Assembly (NCBI GenBank): GCA_034003325.1
Contig: JAVEYW010000005.1
Span: 86,689 to 150,688 of the forward strand
From: Desulfobacterales bacterium
Lineage (GTDB): Bacteria > Desulfobacterota > Desulfobacteria > Desulfobacterales > JAFDDL01
Length of the DNA stretch: 64,000 bases
Direction: 5' to 3'
Each line of letters opens with the position of its first letter. Position 1 is the first letter of the stretch. The notes under the pieces are model-generated. The model searched no databases. It worked only from the letters and a program-made list of their open reading frames with translations, and had not been told where the DNA came from. The translations under genes and the position numbers were made by a program. Shown here piece after piece: positions 62,573 through 64,000 of this stretch.

Positions 62573-62634
62573 GTAGGGGCGAACCTGTGTGTTCGCCCTG
62601 ATTACGAAGGGCGAACACACAGGTTCGCCCCTAC
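62573..62634. repeat. perfect 26-bp-stem hairpin (GTAGGGGCGAACCTGTGTGTTCGCCC / 10-nt loop / complement)
   Basis: The arms 62573-62598 and 62609-62634 are exact reverse complements. Confidence 0.9.
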
Positions 62635-62661
62635 GGGGGTTGCGGGCAATAGTCAGCGTTA

Positions 62662-62773
62662 GGCCCTTTACCAGAAACATGCACGCTTTTGCGTGTATAT
62701 TCGCCGAAGGTGAAAGATGGCCTTTATGCATCCCAGCATTCCAGCATTCCAGCATCCGGCTTTGCCGGATTAG
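62662..62773 (+). repeat. dispersed intergenic repeat, copy C (GCATCCCA GCATTCCA GCATTCCA units)
   Basis: It aligns along its full length with copy A (23155-23266), including the terminal CCGGCTTTGCCGGATTAGG hairpin. Confidence 0.75.
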
Positions 62774-62920
62774 GCCGTTAACGTGGAAAAAAACAACACG
62801 ATAAAAAGCATTCATCAAAAAGGCGGTGGCTTGCGCATTGATAACTTCTGTATCATAATATCAGAAACGGCTGCTATTCAAGTTGAAATCAAAACCAATT
62901 TTGATTAAAGGAGGGTTTAA

Positions 62921-63307
62921 ATGCGCACTGTCGAGCATCTTAACAAAGTGTCCCTGTTGATTCAGGCCGGGACTTCGCCGGAACGGATGGATATTGCGCC
63001 GATACCCCTTGCCTATGACTTTGTTTTCGGTGTCGGCTCCCAAGGCATGACGCCGTTTGAATGCACGTTGGCGAATAAACCGTTGGAAGAAGAGTTCGTG
63101 ATTCATTTGGAAAAAAAATCCGTCGCTGATTTTTTTGAGCATATTCGCCTGCCGCTTGGCGATCTATTTGACCAACGGCATGAGGCTTATCTGAAAATCA
63201 GGATTGCGGACGCTTCGCCCGCGGATGACCGAACGATTGTCAAACAAATGGCCCAACTTGCAGCGCATGGCGGTGGGGGGTGTGACTGCGGATGCGGATG
63301 CGGATAA
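62921..63307 (+). CDS. minimal SlyD/FKBP-like protein with a C-terminal Cys-Gly metal-binding-type tail
   Basis: VSLLIQA…PLAYDFVFGVGSQGMTPFECTLANKPLEEEFVIHL resembles the SlyD N-terminal FKBP half. …YLKIRIADASPADD… resembles the last FKBP strand. The tail is HGGGGCDCGCGCG. AAGGAGGG RBS. Confidence 0.45.
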   Translation: MRTVEHLNKVSLLIQAGTSPERMDIAPIPLAYDFVFGVGSQGMTPFECTLANKPLEEEFVIHLEKKSVADFFEHIRLPLGDLFDQRHEAYLKIRIADASPADDRTIVKQMAQLAAHGGGGCDCGCGCG

Positions 63308-63376
63308 AAACGGCATTATCGTTATAAGCCGCCGTTTCGCGGATGGAACCTATTGTTATAATCGAAGGTACTGATA

Positions 63377-63904
63377 ATGGGCATGCGGAAAGTAGCAGCT
63401 GCGGTGTTGGCCCTTTGGTTTGTTCTAATGGGATGCCTCAACAACCGAATAACGAAGAACTATGGGTTTACCTCCCATGAAACCGCCGTTGATCAAAAAG
63501 ACATGGCTGTTGGTGCAAAATTGATCGGCGCTTTGACAGTTGGCGAAAAAGAGGGGTGGTATGAGATCGGGCACCGCAACTCGCCTTACACCTTGATCAT
63601 ATATGTGATTGCGAGAACGGGGTATTATAAATCAGCGGGCGTAATGGATATCCGGCTTAAGGATAAGCATGCGCGCGATTTCATTTTGCCGGGTGCCGCG
63701 ACGCACCTTGCCGTTGCACCGTTCGAGGAAGTTCAAGCCTTATATCAAGCAGAAATGACCTTGCCCGATTTGGACTTGCCGCATGAAAAAATCAGTTTGG
63801 AGGCAGTGATCGAAATTACCACAAGGGCAAATTCAACTTTCAGGGAAACGGTCCATTTTCAATTTGAACCGATCTATTCCGAGGAGAAATCAAAAGATTT
63901 CTGA
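63377..63904 (+). CDS. lipoprotein of unknown function
   Basis: Signal peptide with lipobox VLMGC. 175 aa. Confidence 0.6.
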   Translation: MGMRKVAAAVLALWFVLMGCLNNRITKNYGFTSHETAVDQKDMAVGAKLIGALTVGEKEGWYEIGHRNSPYTLIIYVIARTGYYKSAGVMDIRLKDKHARDFILPGAATHLAVAPFEEVQALYQAEMTLPDLDLPHEKISLEAVIEITTRANSTFRETVHFQFEPIYSEEKSKDF

Positions 63905-63975
63905 GCGCAGACAGTCCCCAGCGGCAGGACGATGCATCGGTGTTTCGCAACCGGTTAGAAAAAAGGAGCCCCATC

Positions 63976-64000
63976 ATGAGTCGAAATAAAAGCGATAAAA
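63976..64000 (+). CDS. 5' end of a CDS that continues beyond the window (MSRNKSDK…)
   Basis: ATG preceded by AAGGAG at 7-nt spacing. Confidence 0.4.

Noticed and set aside
62537-62818. ORFs that read through the dispersed repeat and share peptide segments such as GMHK(S/G)HLSPSANIHAKACM. They are 23050-23247 and 62537-62818 on the - strand, and 23123-23509 and 62589-62804 on the + strand.
   Set aside because: The similarity is a by-product of nucleotide-level repeat identity in both frames and on both strands. The ORF ends differ between copies, copy B has no equivalent ORF, and no RBS is evident.
62921-63307. Interpreting this gene as a RiPP precursor, with a long leader ending in GGGG and a Cys-rich core CDCGCGCG.
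   Set aside because: No cyclodehydratase, radical-SAM maturase, protease or exporter is adjacent. The body of the protein aligns plausibly with the SlyD FKBP fold, and SlyD tails end similarly (…GGCGCH).
1-64000. A search for defence islands, toxin-antitoxin pairs, integrases, prophage genes, and rRNA or tRNA genes.
   Set aside because: I found no integrase, transposase, restriction, Cas, abortive-infection or phage structural signature in any frame. The only mobile-element-like features are the MITE-like element and the short repeats listed above.

Overview
This is a 64-kb chromosomal window that is densely coding and moderately GC-rich. I infer an anaerobic Desulfobacterota (Desulfobacterales-like) origin from three things: many sigma-54 activators, NapH-type polyferredoxins, and Tat-exported Fe-S proteins. 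I found no rRNA, tRNA, CRISPR, prophage or recognisable defence island.

Main blocks, in order:
1. 117-4659 (- strand): a sigma-54-driven operon of NifX-like, IscU-like, DUF5320-like and radical-SAM genes plus its PAS/AAA+ activator. No nitrogenase genes are present.
2. 5748-15961: a DUF4212 plus VC_2705-type Na+/solute symporter pair. It sits with a membrane-sensor/pseudo-kinase-exonuclease fusion, a cNMP-CBS-DUF294 nucleotidyltransferase, a receiver protein, a symporter-fused histidine kinase and a small membrane ORF.
3. 16292-21544: a translationally coupled four-gene redox module. It encodes a membrane-anchored unknown protein, a Tat-DUF362 protein, a NapH-NapG-like fusion polyferredoxin and a Tat aldo/keto reductase with an Fe-S tail.
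4. 21582-23266: a MITE-like insertion, a MaoC dehydratase, a PagL-like outer-membrane protein and a dispersed repeat.
5. 23267-29903 (- strand): a sigma-54-promoted cluster with a Cache histidine kinase, three output-less receivers, a REC-CBS protein and an SLC13/DASS transporter.
6. 30290-37611: a six-gene complex related to group-4 hydrogenases and complex I. Its large subunit lacks all NiFe cysteine ligands (Ehr-type). I consider this the strongest candidate for an uncharacterised system, together with block 3 and the exonuclease fusion in block 2.
7. 37715-51449: an orphan gene, an acyl-CoA synthetase with a PAS-PAS sigma-54 activator, an outer-membrane beta-barrel with Tyr/Asp-rich inserts, an FAD oxidoreductase, an SDR gene remnant, a metallophosphoesterase, HrpA and a COG2509-type flavoprotein.
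8. 51923-64000: a cold-shock protein, sucA-sucB-lpd, two small unknown genes, ppdK, an Slp lipoprotein, and a minimal SlyD-like protein with a Cys-Gly tail.

Non-coding structure includes a roughly 110-bp repeat present three times with a variable 8-mer array, two heptamer tandem arrays, and GC-rich GTAGGGGC...GCCCCTAC hairpins. All functional calls rest on motif recognition by eye. No database search was run.
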